Shown here piece after piece: positions 7,692 through 19,409 of a stretch of DNA of 64,000 bases. How positions within the stretch are numbered: position 1 is the first letter of the stretch; each line of letters starts with the position of its first letter. A model generated the notes under the pieces. It was not told the origin of the DNA and searched no databases. It saw only the letters and a program-made list of their open reading frames with translations. A program made the position numbers and the translations under genes. Source of the stretch: Chitinophagales bacterium (GTDB lineage: Bacteria; Bacteroidota; Bacteroidia; Chitinophagales; Chitinophagaceae); NCBI GenBank assembly GCA_038257425.1, contig JBBSJI010000002.1, positions 9,940 to 73,939 of the forward strand, written 5' to 3'.

Positions 7692-9953
7692 CTAGAATTT
7701 TGCAGCCACAGAAACAAAGAATGTTCTGCCATCAGCCGGTAAAGCGCCGGGACCGGGATAGCCACCTGCACGGCGTGTAAAATATTTTTCGTTACCAACA
7801 TTATTGATACCTGCTTTGATATTGAACCTGGCTGAAAATTTATAAACGCCGGTTAGATCAATAACAGTATAAGCAGGGATCAAGCCATTTTGTGCATTAG
7901 CAGTTGGAGTAACTGTGTTATTAGCATCTGAATACGAATAATCAACATAACTTAATTGGCCTGTTAATGAAAAGTTGTTGTATGATGCAGTAATACCTGT
8001 TCTTACAATATTTTCAGGAGCATTCTCAACCTTTTTATTTTTAAGATTTGTCTCTACCAGCTGGTTGCTGCTGTTCTTGGTAATTATTTTAAAGTTCCCG
8101 TACCGGGCATCTGTATAACTATAACTTACAAACATGCTTATATCAGCCTTTGTATTTTTCTTGCTGAATGCTTTTACCGGGCTGAATTCGATCAGTCCTT
8201 CAAAACCTTTGCTGCTGCTGTTGCCAACATTGGTACGGTAATTATAAAAGCTTCCATCGGTTCTTTGCTGAACAATGGTACCAATGCGGTTATTATATCT
8301 GAGGTAATAAATGCCTGCATCAAAGAATAAATAACTTTTTATTTTACCACGATAGCCCAGGTCTGCGTTATAACCTTTTGCATCTTTCAGGTCCTGGTCA
8401 ATAACATCTGTTGTTGGCGGTGCAGTAAGATCAGCAAACTGTACGGGGCGGTAAGCCTGCGTTATGTTGGCATATATCTCTGTTGATTTACTGGTATGAA
8501 ATTCAGTTCCAACTCCTGCAAGCACAAATCCCCTTGATTTTTTTTGATTCTGTAAAATAATTTCTGCTCCGTTTGCTGCAAAACCATTTCTTCCTCCTGC
8601 ATTACCGGTAATATATTCATACCTAATACCTGGAATGATCAGGAATTTTTTTGAAATTCTGAAAATGTTTTCTGCAAATACGGCTACATTGGTTGTATTA
8701 AAATCAATATCCCTGTTCCATATACCGTCTGATAAACTCATCTCATAATCAGTTCCTGTTGTGCCTTTGCCATCGCTGGAGTAGCGGTATGTTGTGCCTT
8801 TGTACAATCTAACACCTCCAGAAAATGTTTGTTTTGTTTTGAATAATGTGTAGTCGCTTATAAATCTTGCCTCCAGGCCGGCATTGCGGTACTTATCAGC
8901 ATTCACATTTCTTGCATTATATTGACCAGTTGATTTATTAATGCTGTCGGCAACAATAATTCCACCGGCAGGGATATAACCCACGCTGTTCCTGTCGCCC
9001 CATATTCCAAATAATTTTACATTTAGTCTTGCATGTTCATTAAAATCGTAATTGGCAATTAGTGCTGCTGTGGTCCACGTAATATCAAACCAATTCCTGC
9101 TGCGGAAGCTTTGCTTTATATCCTGCTCTATTTGTATATCCGTTAATCCCCCAGGTTGCTGGCTGCGGATGTTGGAACGCATGACTTCAGTAGTTAAAGA
9201 GAATTTTTTATTTATCCTGTAAGTAAATGTTCCAAAACCTGAGTTGGTATAATATTCACTGTTCTTTCGGTAGCCATCGGCATTGCGGTGATCGAAGAAA
9301 GCATAGTAGTGGTACTTATCGGTTTTACCACCAATGGCGTTATAACTGTTGAACAGGCCATTGCTGCCCACAGTCTGCTGTGTTTCAAATTCAAATTTTT
9401 TATTGATCTCGCTGCCGTTGCGTAAAATATAATTTACCAGTCCGCCAAACTGCGGGCCGTATTGTAAGGCGCCCTGGCCTCTTACTATTTCAATGCGCTG
9501 TACAGCCTGTAACTGCGGATTGTAATAAGCTTCGGGATACCCAAAAGGATCGGCGGCAATATCATAACCATTCTGGCGAACATTAAATTCCCAACTGCGG
9601 TTGGGGCTCAGGCCTCTTGCTGCAATGCCTATCTGTATTCCGCTGCCATCACTTTCCCAAATATGAATACCGGGTACTTTGGCTACGATCTGGCGCATAT
9701 TGTTCGTTACCACATTTCCTTTTACGTTATCCAGCACGATGAGTGCATTTTTCTTACCGGCATATATTGATGTACCCACAATTTCAGGCAATTGCTGAAT
9801 ATCAGTCTTGCTGTTACGGCCCACAATAGTTACATCGGGTAAATACTTGTGATCAGGTTCTGTTGTGTCTTTTAAATGATTGTTCTTTTGCTGTGCAGAT
9901 AATGATAAACTTAAACCCAGCAGTAAAATTGAAATATTGAATCTTTTAGCCAT
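7692..9953 (-). CDS. TonB-dependent siderophore receptor (FecA/FhuE-like)
   Basis: 753 aa with a signal peptide, plug motif (IEIVRGQGALQYGPQFGGLVNYI) and a C-terminal ...VAAKF barrel terminus. Confidence 0.9.
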   Translation of the reverse strand: MAKRFNISILLLGLSLSLSAQQKNNHLKDTTEPDHKYLPDVTIVGRNSKTDIQQLPEIVGTSIYAGKKNALIVLDNVKGNVVTNNMRQIVAKVPGIHIWESDGSGIQIGIAARGLSPNRSWEFNVRQNGYDIAADPFGYPEAYYNPQLQAVQRIEIVRGQGALQYGPQFGGLVNYILRNGSEINKKFEFETQQTVGSNGLFNSYNAIGGKTDKYHYYAFFDHRNADGYRKNSEYYTNSGFGTFTYRINKKFSLTTEVMRSNIRSQQPGGLTDIQIEQDIKQSFRSRNWFDITWTTAALIANYDFNEHARLNVKLFGIWGDRNSVGYIPAGGIIVADSINKSTGQYNARNVNADKYRNAGLEARFISDYTLFKTKQTFSGGVRLYKGTTYRYSSDGKGTTGTDYEMSLSDGIWNRDIDFNTTNVAVFAENIFRISKKFLIIPGIRYEYITGNAGGRNGFAANGAEIILQNQKKSRGFVLAGVGTEFHTSKSTEIYANITQAYRPVQFADLTAPPTTDVIDQDLKDAKGYNADLGYRGKIKSYLFFDAGIYYLRYNNRIGTIVQQRTDGSFYNYRTNVGNSSSKGFEGLIEFSPVKAFSKKNTKADISMFVSYSYTDARYGNFKIITKNSSNQLVETNLKNKKVENAPENIVRTGITASYNNFSLTGQLSYVDYSYSDANNTVTPTANAQNGLIPAYTVIDLTGVYKFSARFNIKAGINNVGNEKYFTRRAGGYPGPGALPADGRTFFVSVAAKF

Positions 9954-10037
9954 TGTTCTTTTTTAGATTGCAAAAATGCATTCATAAAAAAATAAACAAC
10001 TCTTTAATCGGGAAAACGATTTACGTAAAGAGGAAAA

Positions 10038-10994
10038 CTAGCGTAATAACAATTCACAAGGTTTAATGCCCGTGTGTTTTTTAAACGCAGTAGAAAAATG
10101 AGATATAGATGAATATCCTAATAGTAATGATACTTCAGTTACGCTAAGGCCTTTTTCGTACAATAAATATTTTGCATGTTCCATTCTCTGACTTTGATAA
10201 AAATCGAATATGGTAGTGCCGAATATCTCTTTAAATCCTTTCTTTAAATAACACTCATTGATCGCAACTTTACGGCTGAGCGCCTTGATGGTAATGGGTT
10301 CGCCAATATGCTGCAATAAAACCTCTCTTGCTTTAATGATCTTTTCCCTGTCCTCGGCATTTTGTAAAAACTTGCAGGTAAATTCTGTTTCCTTATCATC
10401 ACCCAGCATACAATCCATACTGTACAGTAACAGTATCTGTGTTTGTGCATTGATGAAAATATTTTCCCTGGTGTCAGTATAGGTATGGTTCAGCAAAGCT
10501 TCAATAGCAGTTCTTGTTTTGCCACAAAGCGGTAATTGCTTTGAAAAGGAAGTTGTATGCCTGAAAGAAAGTACGTTCTCTGTTAAGCCGGGTTCGGTAC
10601 TGTTATTGGTAAACTGGGTTAAATAAGTTGGCTTAAAACTAAAGCTTACCACATCAACGCTGTCCACTTTTTCAATACAGCTTTTGCTGGTATTGAATTT
10701 GCAAAAATCACATTCAGTTTGTTTTTGCCTGCAATACACGTTGCCGCTAACACAGAATTTAAGTTCAAGGTAATTTGCAGCAGGGTTGTTCTTTTCAACA
10801 TGATAAACCAATATACCGGTATCATCAATATTCCATTGAGGTTGTTTCTTATACCTGTTTATAGAATAATGAACAGAGCCCGGTACGGTACGGTCAACAT
10901 GTAGCAATACATCCAGGTCCTCCTGTAAAAGGGGTTGGCGGTGTGCAATGCTTAGTATATCTGTTTGATCTTTCATGTAAAAATTCAACTGCAA
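10038..10994 (-). CDS. AraC-family transcriptional regulator
   Basis: C-terminal double-HTH AraC signature (...LLGYSSISHFSTAFKKHTGIKPCE). Sits upstream of the receptor genes. Alternative start at 10976 (MKDQ...). Confidence 0.85.
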   Translation of the reverse strand: MQLNFYMKDQTDILSIAHRQPLLQEDLDVLLHVDRTVPGSVHYSINRYKKQPQWNIDDTGILVYHVEKNNPAANYLELKFCVSGNVYCRQKQTECDFCKFNTSKSCIEKVDSVDVVSFSFKPTYLTQFTNNSTEPGLTENVLSFRHTTSFSKQLPLCGKTRTAIEALLNHTYTDTRENIFINAQTQILLLYSMDCMLGDDKETEFTCKFLQNAEDREKIIKAREVLLQHIGEPITIKALSRKVAINECYLKKGFKEIFGTTIFDFYQSQRMEHAKYLLYEKGLSVTEVSLLLGYSSISHFSTAFKKHTGIKPCELLLR

Positions 10995-11179
10995 AGATAC
11001 AGATAATGTTTAAACAATGAAAGTAAAAATAGTGCAGGCTTGTTGTTTTAATGTTATTTATGCATACTTAAAATGCACTGTAATTTTCTGCAATCAACAC
11101 CTTAAAAAAAGATCAATTGTATGGTAAATTCCAGCCCAAAATAAACCCTTAATAATTACCTTAAACGCCTGTTTTTTCG

Positions 11180-11187
11180 TACCTTTG
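11180..11187 (+). promoter_or_regulatory. candidate -7 box (TACCTTTG) for gyrB
   Basis: TAnnTTTG match 58 nt upstream of the gyrB ATG. Confidence 0.3.
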
Positions 11188-11235
11188 CCTGCCGATAGCC
11201 ATCGGCATTAATTTTACAAGTTAAAAGTGATTTAG

Positions 11236-13224
<1,989 letters not shown>

Positions 13225-13292
13225 ACCGACCGTTTTTCAAACAAAAACCAAGTTTTTTTAAACTATTTATTAATATATTATAACCACACAAT

Positions 13293-13319
13293 TCAGGGCT
13301 TTTGGCCCTGATTTTTTTT
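13293..13319 (+). terminator. gyrB terminator
   Basis: TCAGGGC-TTTTG-GCCCTGA followed by T8. Confidence 0.7.
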
Positions 13320-13611
13320 ATACCAATCCCTGTTGACATAAATAAGTGAAATAATCTATTTAATAGTATAGAACCTTGGCGGTAAAGGGTTTCAGCTGTT
13401 ACTATATAGTCAACGCAGGTTAATCTGGTATAAACAATACGTTGTTTTAAGTATAAATTCCGTATAAAAAGGCTATGGCAAGCAGCGCAGTTTCAAGCTG
13501 TTTTCAAGCTAAACCCCGTAGTGGATTTTTGCCAAAATCAATATTTTTAGTAGCTTGTATCCTGAAGCTTACTACTTCAAACACTATTTACTAACCATAA
13601 ATTCATTTAAA

Positions 13612-13812
13612 ATGTCAAACATGTTAACAGCCTATTGCATGAAAACAAAGGAAAAAAACGTTCCGATGCAGGATGCAGTAATAACTAAAACTTCCCGTGG
13701 TGGCTATATGGCCCAGGGTAATGATGGAAAAGGCAATAAAATGACCACCATGCTTAGCGAAGCTAATGCACTGGAAGCCGTTAAAAACGGTGTGGCCAAA
13801 AAAGCCTGGTAA
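13612..13812 (+). CDS. small hypothetical protein (66 aa)
   Basis: ORF with an ATG at 13612 (the track ORF starts at an upstream TTG). Lys-rich, and followed by a strong terminator. No family recognised. Confidence 0.5.
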   Translation: MSNMLTAYCMKTKEKNVPMQDAVITKTSRGGYMAQGNDGKGNKMTTMLSEANALEAVKNGVAKKAW

Positions 13813-13830
13813 AAATTATTCTTACTGTAA

Positions 13831-13866
13831 AAAGGTCATTCGCCACGGCGAATGGCCTTTTTTGTT
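13831..13866 (+). terminator. terminator of the small ORF
   Basis: GGTCATTCGCC/GGCGAATGGCC stem followed by TTTTTTG. Confidence 0.7.
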
Positions 13867-13934
13867 ATTGATTATCGTAGGCAAAAGGTTAAATAAAAGC
13901 CTTAATTTCCCCTATCAACCCGGGCCTATATATT

Positions 13935-15833
13935 ATGAGAAGGATCTTTCTGCTATTTATTGAATTGGGTATCGTTTGCTGCAGCCATGCGCAAATGAAT
14001 ATTTATTCTGCCTTAACCATACCTGATTCTCTAAAGAAAGATGCAGATATGGTAATAAGAGAAGAAAATATAAGACTTTCTATTAAAGACAAAAATACAG
14101 CCAAGTACGAAGTGCACCAGGTAATTACTGTACTGAATGAGCAGGCAAAAAAATATCTTTCATTTGTTCAGTTCTCTGATAAGTTTAATATGCTGGATGA
14201 TGCAGAAATAAAAACCTTTGATCTTTTAGGGAATAAAAAAAATACATACACCAAAAAAGAAATGACCTCTTTAAATTATGGAGAAGGGCTTGTGCCCGAG
14301 GGCAAAGTAACTTACTTTTATGTTACTGCCCCATCTTATCCCATTACGGTTGAATTTAATTACACTATAAAGTTTAAAGGTATTTTCAGCTTGCCTGGTT
14401 ACGATATTCAATCACCCTGGCAATCTGTGCAGCATTCTGTTTTTGAAATTGAAGCTCCTGCCGATTTAGGAATAAGGTATAAAATGGTAAATACAGATCA
14501 TCAACCGCAAGTAAAGCAGTATGGTAATAAGCAAGTTTATACCTGGGAATCAAAAAACTTAAAAGCTTATAAACTGGAAAAACATAGCGGCCCTTCTGAT
14601 GCCTTTGTGCCATCAGTTTTTATTGGGCCTAACAAATTTCAGCTGGAAGATTATGCTGGCGATATGACAAGCTGGAAAAATTATGGATTATGGTTCAATG
14701 AGCTATATGCTAAAGTATCGGGCCTTCCGGAAGATAGAAAACAATTTTACCGGCAGATGGTGCAAAGCGCTGCCAATGATAATGAAAAGGCTGCCCTATT
14801 ATATAATTATATGCAGAACAACATGCGTTATGTAAGTATTCAGCTTGGTATTGGCGGGTTAAAGCCATTTCCTGCAAGTTTTGTAGAAGAAAAAAAATAT
14901 GGCGATTGCAAGGCATTAAGCAATTACCTCAAGTCAGCATTGGATGCGGTTGGTATAAGATCCAATCTCATTATTATTTATCGTGATTATGAACCCAAAA
15001 TTGTAGATGAAAAATTCCCCATGAATGATTTTAACCACGTCATACTTTGTATTCCACAAGAGAAAGACAGTATATGGCTTGAATGTACAAGTACTACTTT
15101 ACCCTTTGCCAGTCTTGATGAAACAACGCTAAGCCGCAAGGGGGTAATGATAACTGATGATGGCGGCGTATTGGTAAACACGCCACCAAGCAATTACAAA
15201 ACGAATTCGGAAAGTGTAAATACTGTTATTGATGTTACGGAAGAAGGAGGGGCGAAAGTAAAAATGAGTTATGCACTTTTTGGGGAGGTAAGAGATAAGG
15301 TGCTGATGCGTTTTCATGATATGAAAGATGATGAGAAGCGGAAATATTTTATAACAAATATGGATCTTAAGCAGCCGGATGAGCTTGAAATCAGCAATTC
15401 AAAAAATAAGGCTAACCCTTATCTCGTTACTGCAAAAATGGAATATGAAAAGTTATATTCATTCAATGCAGGCAGCAAACTTTTCTTTGAATCGAGGCTT
15501 TACTCCATTTTTAACGAAGAGATACCTGAAAATGAAAAAAGGATGAGAGATTATTATTTTACTTTTCCTTACGAAGCGATGGATACAACCATTTATAAAT
15601 TTCCGGCAGGATTCTCATTAGAAACCATGCCTAAAAACAAATCCATAGCATATCCATTTGCACAATATACCTGCAATTATACATGGGATGCAGCTACACA
15701 TACACTTACCTCAATAACGGTATTGCAGGTAAAAGACCGGGTGATCAAGGCTGCGGATTATCCAAAGCTTGTTGACTTTAAGAAAAAAGTAATGGCAGAT
15801 GTAAATGAAAAGATCGTGATGAAGAGACAGTAA
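13935..15833 (+). CDS. DUF3857/transglutaminase-like domain protein
   Basis: 632 aa with a signal peptide. Transglutaminase-core Cys context YGDCKALSNY, with downstream His/Asp candidates. Confidence 0.8.
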   Translation: MRRIFLLFIELGIVCCSHAQMNIYSALTIPDSLKKDADMVIREENIRLSIKDKNTAKYEVHQVITVLNEQAKKYLSFVQFSDKFNMLDDAEIKTFDLLGNKKNTYTKKEMTSLNYGEGLVPEGKVTYFYVTAPSYPITVEFNYTIKFKGIFSLPGYDIQSPWQSVQHSVFEIEAPADLGIRYKMVNTDHQPQVKQYGNKQVYTWESKNLKAYKLEKHSGPSDAFVPSVFIGPNKFQLEDYAGDMTSWKNYGLWFNELYAKVSGLPEDRKQFYRQMVQSAANDNEKAALLYNYMQNNMRYVSIQLGIGGLKPFPASFVEEKKYGDCKALSNYLKSALDAVGIRSNLIIIYRDYEPKIVDEKFPMNDFNHVILCIPQEKDSIWLECTSTTLPFASLDETTLSRKGVMITDDGGVLVNTPPSNYKTNSESVNTVIDVTEEGGAKVKMSYALFGEVRDKVLMRFHDMKDDEKRKYFITNMDLKQPDELEISNSKNKANPYLVTAKMEYEKLYSFNAGSKLFFESRLYSIFNEEIPENEKRMRDYYFTFPYEAMDTTIYKFPAGFSLETMPKNKSIAYPFAQYTCNYTWDAATHTLTSITVLQVKDRVIKAADYPKLVDFKKKVMADVNEKIVMKRQ

Positions 15834-15839
15834 ATGCTG

Positions 15840-18800
15840 TTACTGAACAGTACTCTTTTTCATCTTATCTAAAAATGAAAACAAGTCATTCATGGTTTGT
15901 ATGTTTTCTACCACCAATATCCCATTCTTTCCAACCTGTTTTAATTTGCCTTTGTTGGTACCTGTTTGTAAGAATAAAAGTATACCATTAAAAATTTCAC
16001 TCTGAAAATAAGGAGAGTCGGGATTGCTTACAAAAAAGCATTTCAGCGTTTCATTCTTTAAGAACATTTTTTCAAAACCCAGTTCCACAGCTATTTTCCT
16101 GCAGCGTACTGTTGTAAACAGATCCTCCACCTGATTGGGTATCGGGCCAAACCTGTCGGTCATTTCCCTATGAAAAGTCTGCAGGTCTTCTTCGGTCCCG
16201 CAATTATCTAAACGGCTGTAAAGAGATAATCTTTCAGTGATACTTTCCACATAGCTATCAGGTATTAAGATCTCCAGGTCGGTATCAATACTACAATCAG
16301 TAACAAAATCATCCTGCTGCTGAATTTCTGCTTTAAATAATTCTTTAAACTCGGTTCTCTTTAATTCACGGATAGCCTCATCTAATATCTTCTGGTACAT
16401 TTCAAAACCGATCTCAGCAATAAAACCACTTTGTTCTCCACCAAGCATATTACCTGCGCCACGTATATCAAGGTCCCTCATCGCTATCTGGAAACCACTG
16501 CCCAGGTCACTATATTGCTCAAGCGTATTTAAACGCTTACGGCTGTCAACAGGTAAGGTACTCATTGGCGGTGCAAACAAATAACAGAATGCTTTTTTGT
16601 TACTGCGGCCAACCCTTCCCCTTAGTTGGTGCAGGTCGCTTAAACCAAATTGATGAGCATTATTTACAATGATGGTATTTACATTAGGAATATCTACACC
16701 ACTCTCTACAATGTTTGTACAAACAAGCACATCGTATTTTTTATCCATAAAATCCAGGATGGTATCTTCCAGCTGGTCTCCATCCATTTGCCCGTGTGCA
16801 TAGGCAATACTTACATCAGGACAAAGGCCCTGTATAAAACCTTTCATCTCTGCCAAACCATTTACCCTGTTATGTATAAAGAAAACCTGTCCGCCTCTTT
16901 CTGTTTCATAATAAATAATATCCCGGATGGCGTCTTCATTAAAAACCATTACTTCGGTTTGTATCGGCTGCCGGTTTGGTGGTGGCGTATTAATTATGCT
17001 CAAATCCCTGGCACCCATCAAACTGAATTGCAGCGTTCTTGGAATTGGTGTAGCAGTAAGCGTTAAAGAATCAACAGTAGTTCTAAGTTGTTTTAATTTT
17101 TCTTTTGCGGCCACACCAAATTTCTGTTCCTCGTCAATGATCATTATACCCAAGTCCTTGAACTTTACATTTTTGTTTAGTAAAGCATGTGTGCCAATGA
17201 TGATATCAATTTTTCCAGCAGCCACTTTTTCCATCGTCTCTTTTTTCTCCTTAGCCGATTTAAAACGATTGATAAAATCAACAGTTACCGGAAAATCTTT
17301 TAACCTGTCGCCAAATGTTTTAAAATGCTGGTAGGCAAGAATGGTTGTTGGTACTAAAACTGCAGCCTGTTTTCCATCGCAGCATGTTTTAAATGCAGCA
17401 CGTATGGCGATCTCTGTTTTACCAAAGCCCACATCGCCGCAAACAAGCCTGTCCATCGGTGATGGCTTTTCCATATCACGTTTTACATCTTCCGTTGCCT
17501 TACCCTGGTCTGGTGTGTCTTCATAAATAAAGCTGGCTTCCAGCTCGGTCTGCATATAATTATCAGGGCTGTGAGCAAAACCTTCCTGGCTTTTTCGCTG
17601 TGCATATAATTTTATAAGATCAGTAGCAATATCTTTTACCTGCTTCTTCGTTTTGTCTTTTAATTTATTCCATACATCGCTGCCCAGTTTATTTATTTTA
17701 GGTACGGTACCTTCTTTGCCGCTGTACTTTCCAATCTTATGCAGCGAAGAAATATTTACATACAACAGGTCGCCATCTTTGTATTGAATGCGTACCGCTT
17801 CCTGCATTCGCCCATTGGCCTCTATCTTCTGTAAACCACTGTACACACCCACGCCATGATCAATATGCGTTACATAATCGCCGGGTTGTAATTCCCTCAA
17901 CATTTTTAATGTGAGTGCCTTGTTCTTGCTGAATGCCTGTTTTACTTTGTATTTATGGTAACGTTGAAATATCTGGTGATCGGTATAGCAAACCGTTTTC
18001 AAGTCATCATCAATAAACCCTTCGTGAATTGAAGTAGGAATTGGAATAACATTTACCTCAGCTTTAAGATCAGTAAAAATTACATGCAGCCGTTCTAACT
18101 GTTTTGGATTATCGGCAAATAAATAAATATTGTATTTCTTCTCTTCGTATTCCTTTAAATTTTTTATTAAGAGATCAAAGTTTCGGTTGAAGGCGGGTTG
18201 TTCTTTAATTGAAAATGGGATAAGAACTGTTTCTTGTTTCTCGTTTGCGAAATAAGCTTTGCTGCCAAACTCTATGATATGCCTTTGCTTAACCTGTTCT
18301 TCAATTACAGTTGCTTTTACAAAATCAGTTGCTGATACTTCAGTCTTTGATTGGTAATTGTCTTCTTCTTCAGTTGGTGCAACCGGGTTTTGCTCCAGCA
18401 ATTCTAAATAAAGTTGCAGGTCTTCTTCCTGCTGCTGAATTTTTTCTTTGATGAAATCCCAGTCCTCACTCCATACCACGGTGTTCTCCGGTAAAAATTC
18501 CATGATGGAAACTTTCTCACCAGAATCGAATTGAGTCTCCACATTGGGAATGATACTTACCTGTAATAACTTTCTTTCACTAAGCTGTGATTCCGGGTCA
18601 AATATCCGTATGCTGTCTACTTCGTTTCCAAACAATTCAACACGGTAAGGTTTTTCATTTCCAAAAGAATAAATATCAAGAATACCGCCACGTACTGCAA
18701 ACTGCCCGGGCTCATATACAAAGTCGGTACGGGTAAAACCATAGCCAACAAATTTTTCGTAAATGCTGTTGGTATCAATGGTATCGCCCTGTTTTATGGA

Positions 18801-19247
18801 AATAATATTTGCAGAGAGTGTTTTGGGCAATACCACTTTTTCAAATAAAGCTTCGGGGTAAGTTATTATTGCACCAACCCTTTCACCTAACGGATTTGAA
18901 AATCTTGTGAGGCATTCTGTACGCAACATTACATGGCTTGCATTTAGCAGCCGGTAATTTTTTTTGTTCTTGAAAGAGGAGGGAAAGTAAAAGAGATTCA
19001 AAGCACTTGTAATATTCTCAAGCGTATTGTGAAAATAAGCAGCTTCTTCTGCATCCCGTAAGATTATAATGTGATTTAACTGCGATGCGGATTTATGATT
19101 AAAAACAGCCGAAACAATGAATGGAGCAGCACTTCCATAAAGACCCTTAAGCTGAATCTTTTGAGGATTGGATGCAGTAATCCTTTCCACTATTTTAAAA
19201 CAGCGGCTGTCATTTGCATACCCGTTCAACAACATTTCCAGATTCAT
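15840..19247 (-). CDS. mfd: transcription-repair coupling factor
   Basis: 1135 aa with SF2 helicase motifs (GDVGFGKTE, IIDEEQKFG, LTATPIPRT) and a UvrB-homology N-terminus. Confidence 0.96.
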   Translation of the reverse strand: MNLEMLLNGYANDSRCFKIVERITASNPQKIQLKGLYGSAAPFIVSAVFNHKSASQLNHIIILRDAEEAAYFHNTLENITSALNLFYFPSSFKNKKNYRLLNASHVMLRTECLTRFSNPLGERVGAIITYPEALFEKVVLPKTLSANIISIKQGDTIDTNSIYEKFVGYGFTRTDFVYEPGQFAVRGGILDIYSFGNEKPYRVELFGNEVDSIRIFDPESQLSERKLLQVSIIPNVETQFDSGEKVSIMEFLPENTVVWSEDWDFIKEKIQQQEEDLQLYLELLEQNPVAPTEEEDNYQSKTEVSATDFVKATVIEEQVKQRHIIEFGSKAYFANEKQETVLIPFSIKEQPAFNRNFDLLIKNLKEYEEKKYNIYLFADNPKQLERLHVIFTDLKAEVNVIPIPTSIHEGFIDDDLKTVCYTDHQIFQRYHKYKVKQAFSKNKALTLKMLRELQPGDYVTHIDHGVGVYSGLQKIEANGRMQEAVRIQYKDGDLLYVNISSLHKIGKYSGKEGTVPKINKLGSDVWNKLKDKTKKQVKDIATDLIKLYAQRKSQEGFAHSPDNYMQTELEASFIYEDTPDQGKATEDVKRDMEKPSPMDRLVCGDVGFGKTEIAIRAAFKTCCDGKQAAVLVPTTILAYQHFKTFGDRLKDFPVTVDFINRFKSAKEKKETMEKVAAGKIDIIIGTHALLNKNVKFKDLGIMIIDEEQKFGVAAKEKLKQLRTTVDSLTLTATPIPRTLQFSLMGARDLSIINTPPPNRQPIQTEVMVFNEDAIRDIIYYETERGGQVFFIHNRVNGLAEMKGFIQGLCPDVSIAYAHGQMDGDQLEDTILDFMDKKYDVLVCTNIVESGVDIPNVNTIIVNNAHQFGLSDLHQLRGRVGRSNKKAFCYLFAPPMSTLPVDSRKRLNTLEQYSDLGSGFQIAMRDLDIRGAGNMLGGEQSGFIAEIGFEMYQKILDEAIRELKRTEFKELFKAEIQQQDDFVTDCSIDTDLEILIPDSYVESITERLSLYSRLDNCGTEEDLQTFHREMTDRFGPIPNQVEDLFTTVRCRKIAVELGFEKMFLKNETLKCFFVSNPDSPYFQSEIFNGILLFLQTGTNKGKLKQVGKNGILVVENIQTMNDLFSFLDKMKKSTVQ

Positions 19248-19358
19248 CAGGGCGGCAAAGATAAGCCGAATAAAAAATGCAATACATATTGTGTTTAAAA
19301 TTGCAATATGAAGACAACTAAAACGTTAACTATGTTGTCTTATCAGGGGTTTAATGTA

Positions 19359-19366
19359 TATTTTTG
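19359..19366 (+). promoter_or_regulatory. candidate -7 box (TATTTTTG) for the S8 protease gene
   Basis: TAnnTTTG match 44 nt upstream of the ATG at 19410. The context TATATTTTTGyAACC is shared with the acpP upstream region. Confidence 0.3.
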
Positions 19367-19409
19367 TAACCGGGCTACTTAACAAAAAATCCAATGGCTA
19401 TATAACTAC

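Noticed and set aside
10921-10945. AAAGGGGTTGGCGGTG in the AraC gene, and CCGTTAGGTGAAAGGGTTGG (minus strand) in mfd around 18880, resemble the GGGGTTGGGGAGG flank.
   Set aside because: Neither has an associated hairpin. Isolated partial matches are insufficient to call them repeat copies.
19256-19263. TAnnTTTG matches only 5-9 nt upstream of the mfd ATG (19256-19263) and the dtd ATG (50711-50718).
   Set aside because: They are too close to the start codons to assign confidently as promoters without transcription start site data, and could be chance in AT-rich DNA.
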